From the NCBI GenBank assembly GCA_965644315.1, contig CBFFRQ010000032.1, positions 744,001-808,000 on the forward strand: a stretch of DNA of 64,000 bases, written 5' to 3'. Position 1 is the stretch's first letter, and the number at the start of each line of letters is the position of its first letter. Shown one piece after another: positions 34,301 to 46,021 of the stretch. A model generated the notes under the pieces. That model searched no databases and had not been told where the DNA came from. It saw only the letters and a program-made list of their open reading frames with translations. The translations under genes and the position numbers were made by a program. This DNA is from Caecitellus pseudoparvulus (Eukaryota; Protista; Bigyra: Bicosoecida).

Positions 34301-36458
34301 CTACACGCTGGGCAGGGTTTCCACGAGGGTGGCGCCGTCGGAGGTGGTGTACCCCACCTCAGCGGGGGTGGATATGGGGGGAGGCGGGGCCGCGGCACCC
34401 CCCCCCTCCCGCACCTCCTCCTCCACCTCTGCAGCCAGATCCAGCAGGGACGGCGCAGCAGAGGCAGCGTCCCCCCCCTGGGCCTCGGCTGAGGCCCCCT
34501 TGAACACGCTCACGCCTGCAGGGGAGGCTGCCGCACCAGTGCCGGTGGAGGCAGGGGTGGCCTTGGAGGGGGGTCGGAGGGGGTGCCGGCGAGGGTGGGA
34601 GGGGGGGTGCCGGCTGCAGCCCGCGCAGTGTGCGTGGCGGGCTGGCCGCCAGTTCTGCGAGGCGCTGCAAGGCGGGGGTGGGTGGGGCTTCCACGGGCCT
34701 GGCCGGAGAACCCCCCCCCTCCACCCCTGTCCACCCCGTGCCCGTGCTGCCGTCATCTGAGAACGGCCCACTGGGGCGCACTGGCTTGGGCGGGGAGGGG
34801 GGAGACACCAGGCCCTGGCCTGAGCTGTGTCCCAGTGCAGGTGCAAGGGTGGGGGCGGCTGGAGTGGGCCCAGGTGTGGGCCCAGGGGGCGGCCCGGGTG
34901 TGGCAGGAGGAGGGGTGCCGTGCGGAGGGGCTGGGGTGTGCGCCAGAGTGTGCACGCTCTCCCCGAAGCGAGTGTGGGATGGAGTGGGCCCATTGGGCGT
35001 GGCAGGTGGGGCCACGCTCCGCACAGCGGGAGACAACACCCCCCCGATGGAGCTACTCGGACTGAGGAAGCCAGGGGGGGTGGCGCCCCCCCTCACTGGC
35101 TTTGCCTGGGGTGCCGGGGACGCTGACAGGTGAGGTGCGCGGTGGGGGGGGGACAGGATGGTGGGCATGGCGTGCAGGGGGGGGGCTGCCCCGCCACCCC
35201 CCACACACACCCCTGCCTGCGCCTCGGCCACGGCGAAGCTGCCACTGGGCGACGTGAGGGGCCGTTGTGTGGCAGCGGAGAACACAGTTGACAGCGGGGA
35301 CGCCGCCGCAGTCGCGGGGGTGGTGGACGTCGCCGCGCCGCCGCCCCGAGCTCCCGAGCTGGTGGCGGTCCCAGCGCTTGAGGCCAGGGCTGTGGCTGCT
35401 GCAGTGTAGGAGACCACTGCCTCCAGTGAGCCAGGGGGGGGGGGCGACAGGCCCCCCCCTGCACGCCCTGTGGTCACGGGTAGGAAGCTGACGGGGGAAG
35501 CGAAGGGGGTGGAGTGCCCAGGCGCCGGCTCCGGCCAAGGCGCAGGCCACTGGACGGAGTGCAGGACGGAGCCAAGGGGGGGCAGGGGCGGCTCACTGGG
35601 GGGCGGAGAAGCGGCAGCATGGGGCGAGTCACGCCGTTGCAACGCAGCAGAGGCCACTGCGTTGTACTCCTGGGCGTGCTCAGCCACTGCCTGTGCCACC
35701 GCTGAGAGGGCGTGCTGCGAGAAGGGAACGCCTTCCTTGCCGTCTCCCAGCATGGATTCCAAGGAGTCCAGACTGCGCTGTGCCAGGCGTGCGTTGCGTG
35801 CTGCCTCGGCAACGTGGGACGGAGCCATGTGCACCGTAACGGGCGGGCTGGGTCGGCCCAGCAACGCAACGTGGCCGCGCTGCAAGGCCCGCCAGTGGTC
35901 CATTATGGTGAGCAGGCGCTGACGGTGGATGAGGGCGCGTGTGCGGGCACTGGCAGCCAACACGACACTGGCTGTTGGCGTGCGCGGTCCAGCTTGGGGT
36001 GCTTTTGGAGGAGGGCTGGGAACGGCAGGCGCCGATTGAAGCGGCCGGCGCAGGGTGAGGTGCATGGACGCTGAGCCTTGCTCCTTCAGGTCGTGCAGCG
36101 CCTGTGCTTGCACGGGACGAAGGCAGGGGGCGGACAGGGTGTGGGGGGCATGGGGTAGCCTCGCGTTTCGCTCGTAACGCCCGCACCTGCAGGAGCCCCT
36201 CCATGCCCGAACTTGAGACGTCATGACCTTCAACAGACAGCAGGATGTCGCCCTCTTGAATCAGACCCGAACACTGTGAGGCTTGCACCACAGTGCTCAC
36301 CACAAGCCCTGAGCTGGACGCCTGCGACGCTCGACAGTCTCGTGCATGCCAACGATCGCAGAGTGGCGCAGCACGGCCAGGACACGCACAGCAAATTGGA
36401 TGCCGATGGGCAGCACCAGTGACACTTCCACAACGAATTCGCCGCCCTCAGTCCCCAT
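34301..36458 (-). CDS. PDZ-domain protein with long Pro/Ala/Ser-rich tail (stop at 34359 or, with a frameshift, 34301)
   Basis: Spliced N-terminus LPIGIQFA|GLVVSTVVQASQCSGLIQEGDILLSVEG..MHLTLRR is PDZ-like; C-terminal frame is ambiguous around homopolymer runs. Confidence 0.6.
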
Positions 36459-36637
36459 GGCTGCCTGCTCCCTTTCGCGGTTCAGCGCAGGCACCACAAG
36501 CCAGGAGCAGCCTGTGACACACTGTCCAAGCAACAGTCCCGAAGTCACAGCAGCGCCCCGAGGCATCAAGGGCATGCGACCGTGTGCTGTGAGGGTTTGC
36601 ATTTTGCAGCATGCAGTGCTGTGCAGGCAGGTCAGGG

Positions 36638-39600
36638 TCACTGACCTGGGGGGCTGGAGTGTGGCGCAGCTGGAGGCTGAGGCAGCTCGGAGCCCACACC
36701 AGCACGCGCTTCTGGGAGCGTGGTGGACTCCATGCTGCGTCGTGGAGGAGGCCTGGACGGCGTGGAACTCACGGAATGCTTTCGACTGCGGTCTGGCAAG
36801 GGAGGAGGGCGCTCGCCGCTGGAATTGACGCGGGCGGGCCGCACGAGGCGCTGCGGCACTGCACTTGGCAACGCAGCAGGCACTGCCTGCTGCACAGGAG
36901 ACTCTGTGGGCGTCCCTGGCACAGGCAACGCAACAACGTCCTCTGTCGGGTAGTCCACAGCAGCACAGTACTTCATGGCCCACAGGGGCCACACAACGAG
37001 GGCTTCTGGGCGTGTTGCAGGCCACAGCGCAAACTGGCCTGGGGAAGTCGGCACGCTGGCCATGATGCCACAGGTGGCGGCAGCACAGGCGTTGAAGACG
37101 TCCATGGGCAGCGCGCCCAGCGTGCTGGGCTCGGTGGTGTCCACTGCAGGCAGTTGCTCGGCACTTGCTGCACGCACCCGGGACATTCGTGCCAGGCGGC
37201 CGACACTGGCGCGTCCACCGCCGCCACCTGCCCCGGCAGCCTCAGGGCTCTGTGCCGGCGCACCCTTGCCCAGCCCCTGTGGGTCCACCAGGGCAGCTGT
37301 CGCAGGGGAGGCGTCCCAGAGAGCAGCCAGGTACCCCCGTGTGGGCGGCGTGTCGGGCAGCATGTACCAGGGGTTGCGGAACTCCAACGCCCGGCGAGCC
37401 ATGTGACTCCACAGGCTCTCTGCGCCGCCACGAACGGCCTGGCGCCCCCCCTCGTGGTCGTGCAGGAAGGTGCCGAAGCGCCCGCTGTACGCGTGGGTGG
37501 CCATGCAAGCCAGGAACGCGCAGTTGAACTCAAAGGCCGTGGGGAACTGGCGCGCCACCTGCCACACGGCGTCCAAAAACTGCAGGAAGACGGGGGAGCG
37601 TTTCTTGTGCCCGTGTTTCTCACGGGCATTGCCACAGCCACCCCCCGTGCGCATGGCAAACTGGTGCCCGAACGAACACCACTCCTTCTCCACCAACACG
37701 GCGAAGCCGCCCATGGTGCGGTAATACGGGTCAAGCAGCAACTGCGCCAGGGCCGTCAGCTGCGCCGTGCGGTCCCAGCCGTCGGAGCAGTGCACAAAGA
37801 CAGACGCGCCTTCTGCCAGGCACCGTGCGACTCGCACACTGCCCACCAGCACAGTGGACAGCAGCTTGAGCCACGGCAGGCGTGGGGCGTTTGGCACCCC
37901 CGTGATGACATCGGCAACGTGGGGCGGCAGCGGCGGCGCCAGCGGGCTAGGCACAGGCATGAGCCCCGACATGCCGCCAGTGGGCGGCGTGAAACGCACG
38001 AGCGGGAAGTGCGCGTGCCGCCCGAAGCTGAGGGAGAAGGCAGCGGGCGCCTCGGGGACGCCCCCCCCCACCGAGGCGCCCCTGCCCCCCTCGGCACCCT
38101 GCGCCCCTGCCGCCAGCTCCGCCAGGCCCGCATCCGTCCCCGCATCCAGCGCCGCCCCCACCTCCGGTGCCGACTCGAAGATGCCAGAGGAGGCCAGTGC
38201 ACGCGTGGAGCGTCCCAGTGTGGACCGTGGCACCATGCCCGCCTGTACCAGCGCACGCCGCATCTCATCGCCGAGGCTGTCGGTGGTGACGGAGCGGGGG
38301 CGAAGGAAGGAGGGCAGGACGCGGACAGAGGCGGTGCTGGGCGAGGGGGGGGGCAGGGAAGGCGCGTGCCCCCCCCCTCCCTCCCCGCCCCCTCCACCGG
38401 CACTCCACGCCACGCCCGCCTTGGCCACGCGAGCTGCGCCGTGCAGAGCGGCTGAGGCGGCTGCGAGCAACGCACCACGCAGGCCCGCCAACGCATCACG
38501 CACGACGTGGATGTTGTCAATGCCCAGGAAGGTCAGGTCTGCGCCGCCGTACCTGGCTGCGGACTCTGACCCCCCCCCCTTGCCCATGTTGCCCAGGGCG
38601 TTCATGCGGGGCCGTGCGTCCAGGATGGCCAGACTGACGCCTTGCCCTGGCGCCTTGCCCAGCTCGATGGGACCGGACACGCTGTGCCCACCCCCCAGGC
38701 TCGCCCTGGACACAGGGCGGGCCGAGATGCTGGCCCGCCGCGAGGGGCCTGCTTGCAGCTGGGAGGCCGCCTCGGCAGCGGAGGGGGAGGAGCGCCCCGA
38801 CGTGCTGCGTTTCAGAGAGTCAAAGATGGACCCTGTGGCCTTGCGCGCAGGGGGGCTGGCGTCAGGGGACGAGGGGGCAGCCGTGCCAGCGCCAGGGCCA
38901 CCGCCGCCGCTGCCCTCGTCGGCACCCCCCTCTTCCTCACTCTCCCCACCAGGCAGCACCACGGCGCTGCTGCGGGCAGGCGCGGAGAAATCGTAGCCAA
39001 CGTATGCCCACTGCAGCTGCGTGAAGGGCGCCAGCGACACACGCGTGAGGGGGGTGCTGGCCGCCACGTGGACACGAGCTGACCCCCGAGGGGTCGTCAC
39101 ACTGGTCCACTCGCCGCCGGGGCCACCTGGGTACGAGAGCGGTGCGACGGGGGGCGTCCACCCCCCGCCCTCCCCGGCTGGTTGTGCAGCCAGCGCGCTG
39201 AGCAGGGTCTCGTCCTGCCTGTTCGTGCTGCCAAACACCCCGGACATGGGCTGGCTGGCCCGGGAGAGACTCACCCGCCCAAACGCCCACACGACGGCAG
39301 GCAGGCGGCTCTTGCTGCGGTACTTCGCAGCGCCAGCCAGCGTCTCATCGTCCACGCTGACAGGCGCGATGACCCGAGCAGGGTACGTGGGGGCCAGCGC
39401 ATGCCCCGCGTTGATGTCACTCACACGCCAGTGCGCCTCACCGTCACGCATGCGACTCAACTCGTACCCCAGGTCCAGCAGCGTCCACCCATCCACGTCC
39501 CCCAGCCCGCTGCCGCTGTCCACACTCCACAACCCGCCAAGGTGCCGCAGCACTGCCAGGCGTTTGGCGCTGCCATCGGCGCCGTCAGCACCCCCCGGCA

Positions 39601-41782
39601 ACGTGGCCCACAGGGTGGGGATGCAGGGCACCACAGCTCGCAACAGCGGCAGCGGCAGCTGTGCAAGCTGCAGTGGCAGCTCCACAGCTGCCGGGCGCAG
39701 GCGGTGCTGTGTGGCAAACACTGGCGCGTCCTCCCACACGTGGGCCTCCAGCGCCTGCCGCACCTGGGCCGCGACGTTCGTGCTCGGCAGCCCCAGCAGG
39801 GAGAATCGCCCTGACACGGCACGTCCAGCTGAGGTGGTGGAGGTGCCGGTTGGCCCTGCTGCGTCCCCACCGTCAACCAGCCCATACCGGTGCACGAGGT
39901 CACCGGGCAGCACCGTCGCAGCCCACGCTGCCCAGTCCGCCACCGCCACCGCAAACTCCCGATCGGAGTGGCCGCTGGCCTGGGCGCCGCCACCGCCCAG
40001 AGGGGGGCCTTGCACCTCCGCGTGCACAAAGTTAAAGACGGCGGTGGTCAGGTCTGTGCACCACACGGCCAAGACGGAGGCGTCCTGTGTGGGGGAGGGC
40101 AGCACGGAGCCGGGCGGGGCAGACGGGTCGCGGCCCCGGACCACGGCCGTGGCGCTGCTGCTCACCTCCAACTGCGCGATGCAGCGCAGGGGGATGCTGG
40201 TGACACTGGCCAGGGCAGGCGTAGACACGACGAGGGTCATGCCCGGCGGGGAGGGGCCCTCCCCGTGCCCCCCCCCTGGCAGGCTCGCAACAGGGGGTGC
40301 GCCAGTGATGTCCACAGCGAGGTCGGACGTGGAGCTGGTCCTGGCCAGGCGGGGACCGGGGGGGGTTGGCCCCGCCCCCTCCTCCCCTGCCCCTTCCCAC
40401 GGCAGGCGCCGCCATGGGAAGAACCGCAAGCGGTAATTGGACACGACCAGGGTGCCAAGTCGACCTGAGGTCGTCTCCACCACCCGTGGCACCACGAGAC
40501 CCACCGTCTCACCGAACAGAGGAGGAAGTGGCGCAGGGGGCAGCAGCGTGCGAGTGACAGCCGCAATGTCAGATGGTACTAGGCCAGGGGTCGGCACGGA
40601 GGGGGGATCAACTGGCTCCACCGCCCCTCCCAGCGCCGCATCCAACTCCTCCCCCATACCTGCCTCCACGCCCACGCTGCTGCTGCGCGCCATGATCATG
40701 GGCGACCCATGGGCGGGCCCGGGCGGAATGGCCACGGAGGCGTGAGAGCCGGCCATGCCGCTGACCCCGGACACCCCGCCTGCCGCACTGGTCAGCACGC
40801 CCGGCGGTGCCAGTTCCGCAACACCCGCCGCAGCGGAGCCTTCTTGCCACCACGCCTTACGGCGGACACGCAGGTGGGCCACCTCCCCCTCCAGCTGCTC
40901 GAACAGGTGGCGCAAGGAGGCAGCTGATGTAGCAAAGGCCGTCAGCTGGCACATGAGCGTGTGGCTCACCAGCTCGGCAGTGGACAGGCAGGCGTCCTCC
41001 TGCGTCGCGTTCATGGCGGCGATGACGCTGTCTTGTTGTTCGCCGAACGACGCCACGGCTGCCCGGTGCGCCGACTGTGCCTCCACCAAGCGCGTCTGGT
41101 CGCTAAACTTCTTGCTCTTGGTCAGCTCCTTCACGCGGGCGGCCTTTGAATTCCGTTCTTGCAAAGCAGCATACGCGCGCATCTTGATGTCCTTGCAATG
41201 CTTCATCTCTGCTGCCAGGCGCACCTGCACGGCATCCATGAAACTAGCTGCCAGCCGCCGCACCATTTGCTGGAAAGCTGTGTCGATGGCTCCGTGGCAC
41301 GACCGGACGCCAGCGACGAAGGCATCGCTGAAAGGCGGAGATGCCTTCGTCTCCAACATAGTCTGCAGGGCGCTCTGGAACTCCATGAGCTCAGAGTGGT
41401 ATGCTGCGAAGGGCGCGGGCAGCCGGTGCGGTGCAGCACCAGCGCCAGCGGAACTTGACGAGCACCCCGACACGCCAATGGTCACCGGGTAGCACAGGCC
41501 GTTCAGCGGGTGCCCTCACCATGCGTGGCTGCGACAAACTTCTCCACTGTGCTTTCAGCTTCCTCCATAAATTTCCGCGTGTGCTTCAGCCCTGTGAAGC
41601 GCGTCGGCACGCCGTGAGGAGCAGGCTTCTCCCTCGCCACCTCCACCCCACCATGCCCACCACCCACCGTTGTTCAGCTCGTGGAACTCAGCAGACATGT
41701 CGTCGCTAGCCTCTGAACCCATCTTGTGCCGCAATGCACCCCGCCAGCTCATGCTGAAGATGCTCCCTCGCGCCTCTGCCAT
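36638..41782 (-). CDS. Myotubularin-family phosphoinositide 3-phosphatase with N-terminal BAR-like domain and PH/GRAM domain
   Basis: Active-site VHCSDGWDRTAQ (37766-37792), WRVSDIN..PTYP, RSKSRLP, LDARP..GGGSE, EKEWCSFGHQF, SPVFLQFLDAVWQ; GTLVVSNYRLRF (GRAM). Two 5' exons encode SAEFHELNNGLKHTRKFMEE.., a BAR-like helix. Confidence 0.9.
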
Positions 41783-42297
41783 CCTGCAGTTGCCCTGCTC
41801 ACAGCGTGCTGCCAAAGCCCAACCCTCGCTGAATGCACTGCACCTGCTGCAGCAAGAGCCGGCTTACACCGCGGAATGGGAGAGAAAGTGGACCAGCAGC
41901 AATGCGCTGGCGCTATCCGACATGAATGGTTTGGATTTTATTTGTGGGTGTGCCCAGCGGCGGCACGGTGGGCGGGCTCATGCTCCAAATCTGACGCTGC
42001 AGCGTTTCAGCGACTGCATTGAGCGATGCAGGCCTGCCACCGCAGCGGATCTAACTGCTTCAAATCCCATAGCGTCGCACTCAAACCCTCCCAGACTTCT
42101 CTTGGGCTTCGTATCTTGCCCTGGGCAACGCCTGGTTGGCTCAGCCGCCTGCCAGCCGGCGCAAGTGGCTGCGCACGGCTTTGCGTTTCGTTTGAGCACT
42201 AAAGGCGCAACGCGCCAATCTGCGGGCCGCATTGCGTCTTTCCTGGGCCCAACGCCGGAATTCACGCAAGAAATAATCAAATCACTCCCAAGGAAGC

Positions 42298-45200
42298 ATG
42301 GCTGGCCGCTCACAAAGCTTGCACGGCGCTGGGATGGGTGTTGGAAGTGACTCAGAGGAAGCGAGCGCTGCGCACCAGCTTCCGCCAGCTTTTCAGTGCC
42401 TGGCGGAGAACCAACGCCGGCGAATTGCCGACGCAATCCGAGGCTTGGATAGGATACAAGACTCGGATTCGGCTGTCGAGTCCGCCAAGTGCGCCGCTGA
42501 GCTTGTCCAGGTGAGTTCAGCCTTCGCGAGTTGAGCTGCCAGGGTTGGCACGAGCAGCACACAACAACCCCAAAACGCTGACCTGTTTGCAGGGCGTGAT
42601 AAACGTGGAGGCCGTGCTCGTGGTTCTCAAGCCTGAGTTCGTGGAGGAATCGCATGAGGCATTGAGCGGAGCTGACGACGGGAGCGAAAGCGGCGACGAT
42701 TTTCTCACGCAAGTGCTTGTACGCTGCATGAGATGTAATCTGGTGGACCTCTTTGAGGAGGGAACGCAAATTGGAAAGCTTAGGCCAGCGGGGACTAGCG
42801 AAAGCGCCTGGCAGGCGTTTCTGGAAGAGTGCCTGACCCCGCAAGTGAGGCGATTGCAGCAGAGAGCGGCGTGGGAGGCGAGGCTGAAAGCAGCTGGCAT
42901 CCAGAACCTGGGTCGTCCACTTCGGGAGCTGATTCGTGCAAGCATGCAAGCCGGCAGTGCTGCATGCAGCCCTGTGCGGAAAAGGCAGTCTGGAAACGCC
43001 CAGGCGCGCACTGACGCGGAGCTTAGCGCTGTTCATGAGCGCTTTGGCTGGCTGCATGAAGCTGGAGAATGGCTCCTCACAGGCAACTTCAGCCAGTGCT
43101 GGTTCCTGCAGGTCATGCTGCGCCAAGCTGGGGCGCCGAGCGAGCCACTGCCGGCTGACAGCGTCCCCCCTCGTTGGACGCGCGGGTGCTGGCCTGTGAT
43201 GCACGGTTCAAGCATAGTGGCCGTTGTTCTGTCCCTCCCTTGGATAGAAGGAATGTTTCCTGGCATAGATACATCTAATGCCAGGACGGTTTTTGTTGGA
43301 CAGGAGAATCTGCGCATCAGGGGAGTGCCGATTGCGCACGGTCGTCTGCGTCACGAAGCCCTGCACAAGGGGAGCGAGCATGTGGTCAAGTTCATCGAAT
43401 TCGTCGTCACCCCAGACCGTGCCCGCTTTCTTGTGGACTCCATGGCCACGGCGAGGCAGCAGGGGCCTGGGACGATGCTGGGTGCACCAAGTGGGTACGG
43501 CAAGTCCATGTGCTGCTTGGCACTTGCGATTATTAACACAATCGGTGCAGGGGGGGACGTGCTCGCATTACCTAAAGCGGATCTGCTGGCAGGTGGCGTC
43601 ACAGCCGCAGAGCTGTGCGACTCTCTGGTCGCACCAATGCTGCGCCTCTCATGCGGTCCAGCGCTTGAAGACGCAAAACTTCACACTCACCTTCATAACA
43701 TCTGCCAAGGCCAAGACGCAGAAACAGCGATGTGTAAGTTGTTCGACGCTGAGACTGGCTTCTTGAGGCAGTCCACGCGCTCCCCTGACCCAGTGACTCG
43801 CTTGATCATCCTTGACAATGTTCAAGATTTGCATTACAAGTTGGCGAACAAAAATCAGGCGAGCTTGTCTCCTCGCTGGAGCATGGCCAAAGCCCTGCTC
43901 TCAGAAAAGAACTCAGCTGGTACGGTCCTTGCCTACGGCCCCGACGTTCAAGGTCTTGCTCGTCTTGATGGCAGTGACACAGCAACGAGCCCCGAGGACG
44001 CTGTCAAGGCAGGGGAGAAGAGGATTGTTGTCAGGCTTGAAGGGTTCTCGACCAGCGAAGCCCTTGCCCTCACGCTTCGTGCGCCAGATGCGCAGCCTGT
44101 TGTCGATGCTGCGACTGCTGCTGGGGAGGCGTGCGACCAGGATGCGCAGGGACTTGGCGAGCCAGTCCCCTTTCTACAACTGCCACAGGCCGTACACACG
44201 CTCGCCACAAGAAGTGAAGTGAGCCAGCAATGCCTTTCTGCATTTGTGGAGCGCACGGGTGGATCGGTTGCGGCCCTGCAATCTGCATTGGTGGCACTGA
44301 ACGCTGGCCAAGTGCAGGACCACGGCAGGCTTCACGAGACACTGGTGCATTCGTTACAGGACTGGTTCACTCGGGAAAGGTGCTGGCTACAGGAGCGCAT
44401 CAGGCACTCGCTGGGTCCCGACAAGAGAGACTTGCTGGAGGAGCAACTCAAGTGCGCCAAAGAGCTGCTTGCTTCCACTCAGGGTGGTTCCGAGTCGACT
44501 TCCATCTTCCCAAGGTGTGCACTTGAACATGTCCAGAGAGCCGCTCTTGCCTTCCTTGGTGTGATCAACGAGCGCGAGCACTTTGCCAACAAAGACACTC
44601 CAGGGGCCAGGGTGCTTCAACTGAGCCCTGCAGCGGCCTCAATCCCCGAGGTTGTGGAAAAGCAGGTCGTAGCACTGGTTCACATGGGCCTGCTCGGCAG
44701 AAACTTCATCCCAATGTCCAGTGCAGCAGGCCCACCTCCGACTCACCTTCTGTCGAATGGCCAGCTGTCGACAGAGTGGGCAGCTCCACAGAGCGCTGCG
44801 TCCTCAGCGGTGCAGGAAAAGTTGCACTTCACTCAGGCCTTGATCGCGAAAGTGCATACCCTGAAGCCAGGCGAAAAGCTGGTCATTCACACCTCCCACT
44901 CGTTCCCAAGGCTTGACTGCCTCACGATTGTGCGAAATGGCATAGCAGATGTGTACCATTTGGAGTGTTCTATTGAGGAGGTGACAGTGGGGCGTCTGAG
45001 TGTCCATCCAAAACGCAAAGAAGTTGATTTCCTTCAAGGCGAAGGACTCCCAGACGGCACGCTCCCAGTCGCACCAACAGGTGCTGCCAAGGACTTGGCA
45101 CTGCTCATTGCCGACAAGAAGTGGTACTGGGAGGAAACGGGGGACGGCTCGGTCTTGCTCAAGTGCATCAACAAGAGCAACCCTTCAACGGGACCTCGGC

Positions 45201-45655
45201 CCGAGGAGTGCACCTCTTTCGCCACGGCCGCCTTACAGGGTCTTGGCCTTCCCGTCGTCGTGAACGGCTTCATGCGCCAAGGAGACGACGGGCGTCAAGT
45301 TCTCAGCATGAAGGTGGAGCCACCACCCGAAGACGTGGCCGCAGAGCTCAGAAGGCGTGTGGGCGAAGCACTTCCCCAGGCCTCAGACGAGGAGCAAAGT
45401 GGAAGATTAGCCTTCTCCGGCGACGGGTTTGGCCTGTACTTTGTCTACTGCTCACTTGCAGGAGACTCTGTGAGAGACGCTGAGCCGGCGCAACGTCAGA
45501 CCGATGTTCAGGGTTACTTTGCTCTGGTCGGCCCTGACTGCATGGCAGGCTCCACCAGCAGCCTGCTCCCTGACGGGACTGCTGCCGCTGCTGCCGCTGC
45601 GCAGCCTGGTAGTCACCGGGCAAGTGAAGGCAGGGAGAGCGATGAGGACGAATGA
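42298..45655 (+). CDS. Crinkler/RHS (CR)-like protein: helical header domain + P-loop NTPase + putative PD-(D/E)xK nuclease domain
   Basis: Intron 42511-42592. Walker A GAPSGYGKS (43481-43507), Walker B LIILDNVQ (43802-43825), C-terminal SFPRLD...EEVTVGRLSVH (44900-45007). The CDS is well supported; the family assignment rests on motif resemblance. Confidence 0.6.
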
Positions 45656-46021
45656 AAGGCTCCAGCCAAAGCCACACTTGCCACCCTTGCTCGCACTCTT
45701 CAAGCAAGTGACACGGGGGCCTCTGCCTCTGCCCCATGCCCTTGCAACGCAATCCATGGCAACTCCTCATGAAAGTGAACCCTGTCCCAGCACTTTCCCA
45801 TGGCAGCGAGATGCAGCACTGCAGTGAGTAGGTCGCCAGGTCACTCACACCCCCCAACACTTCCATACGTGGCCCGCCTTCTCCCCACGCGCGGTGGACT
45901 CCGTTGCACGGCAAGGCAGGGCTGCCGCGTGTGGCTTTGCAGTGGCGAGGCTGAGTCACACTCAAAGCACCAGCACAGCACCAGAGCCGGGCGAACGCTA
46001 CCCCAAACCCAGTCTGCAGGC

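Noticed and set aside
36611-41492. + strand ORFs of 400-600 aa over the myotubularin gene (and similar ones over other genes)
   Set aside because: Shadow ORFs produced by high GC and few stop codons.
41930-41980. ATTTGTGG Sm-site-like motif followed by a hairpin
   Set aside because: No upstream U1/U4/U5 hallmarks; insufficient evidence.
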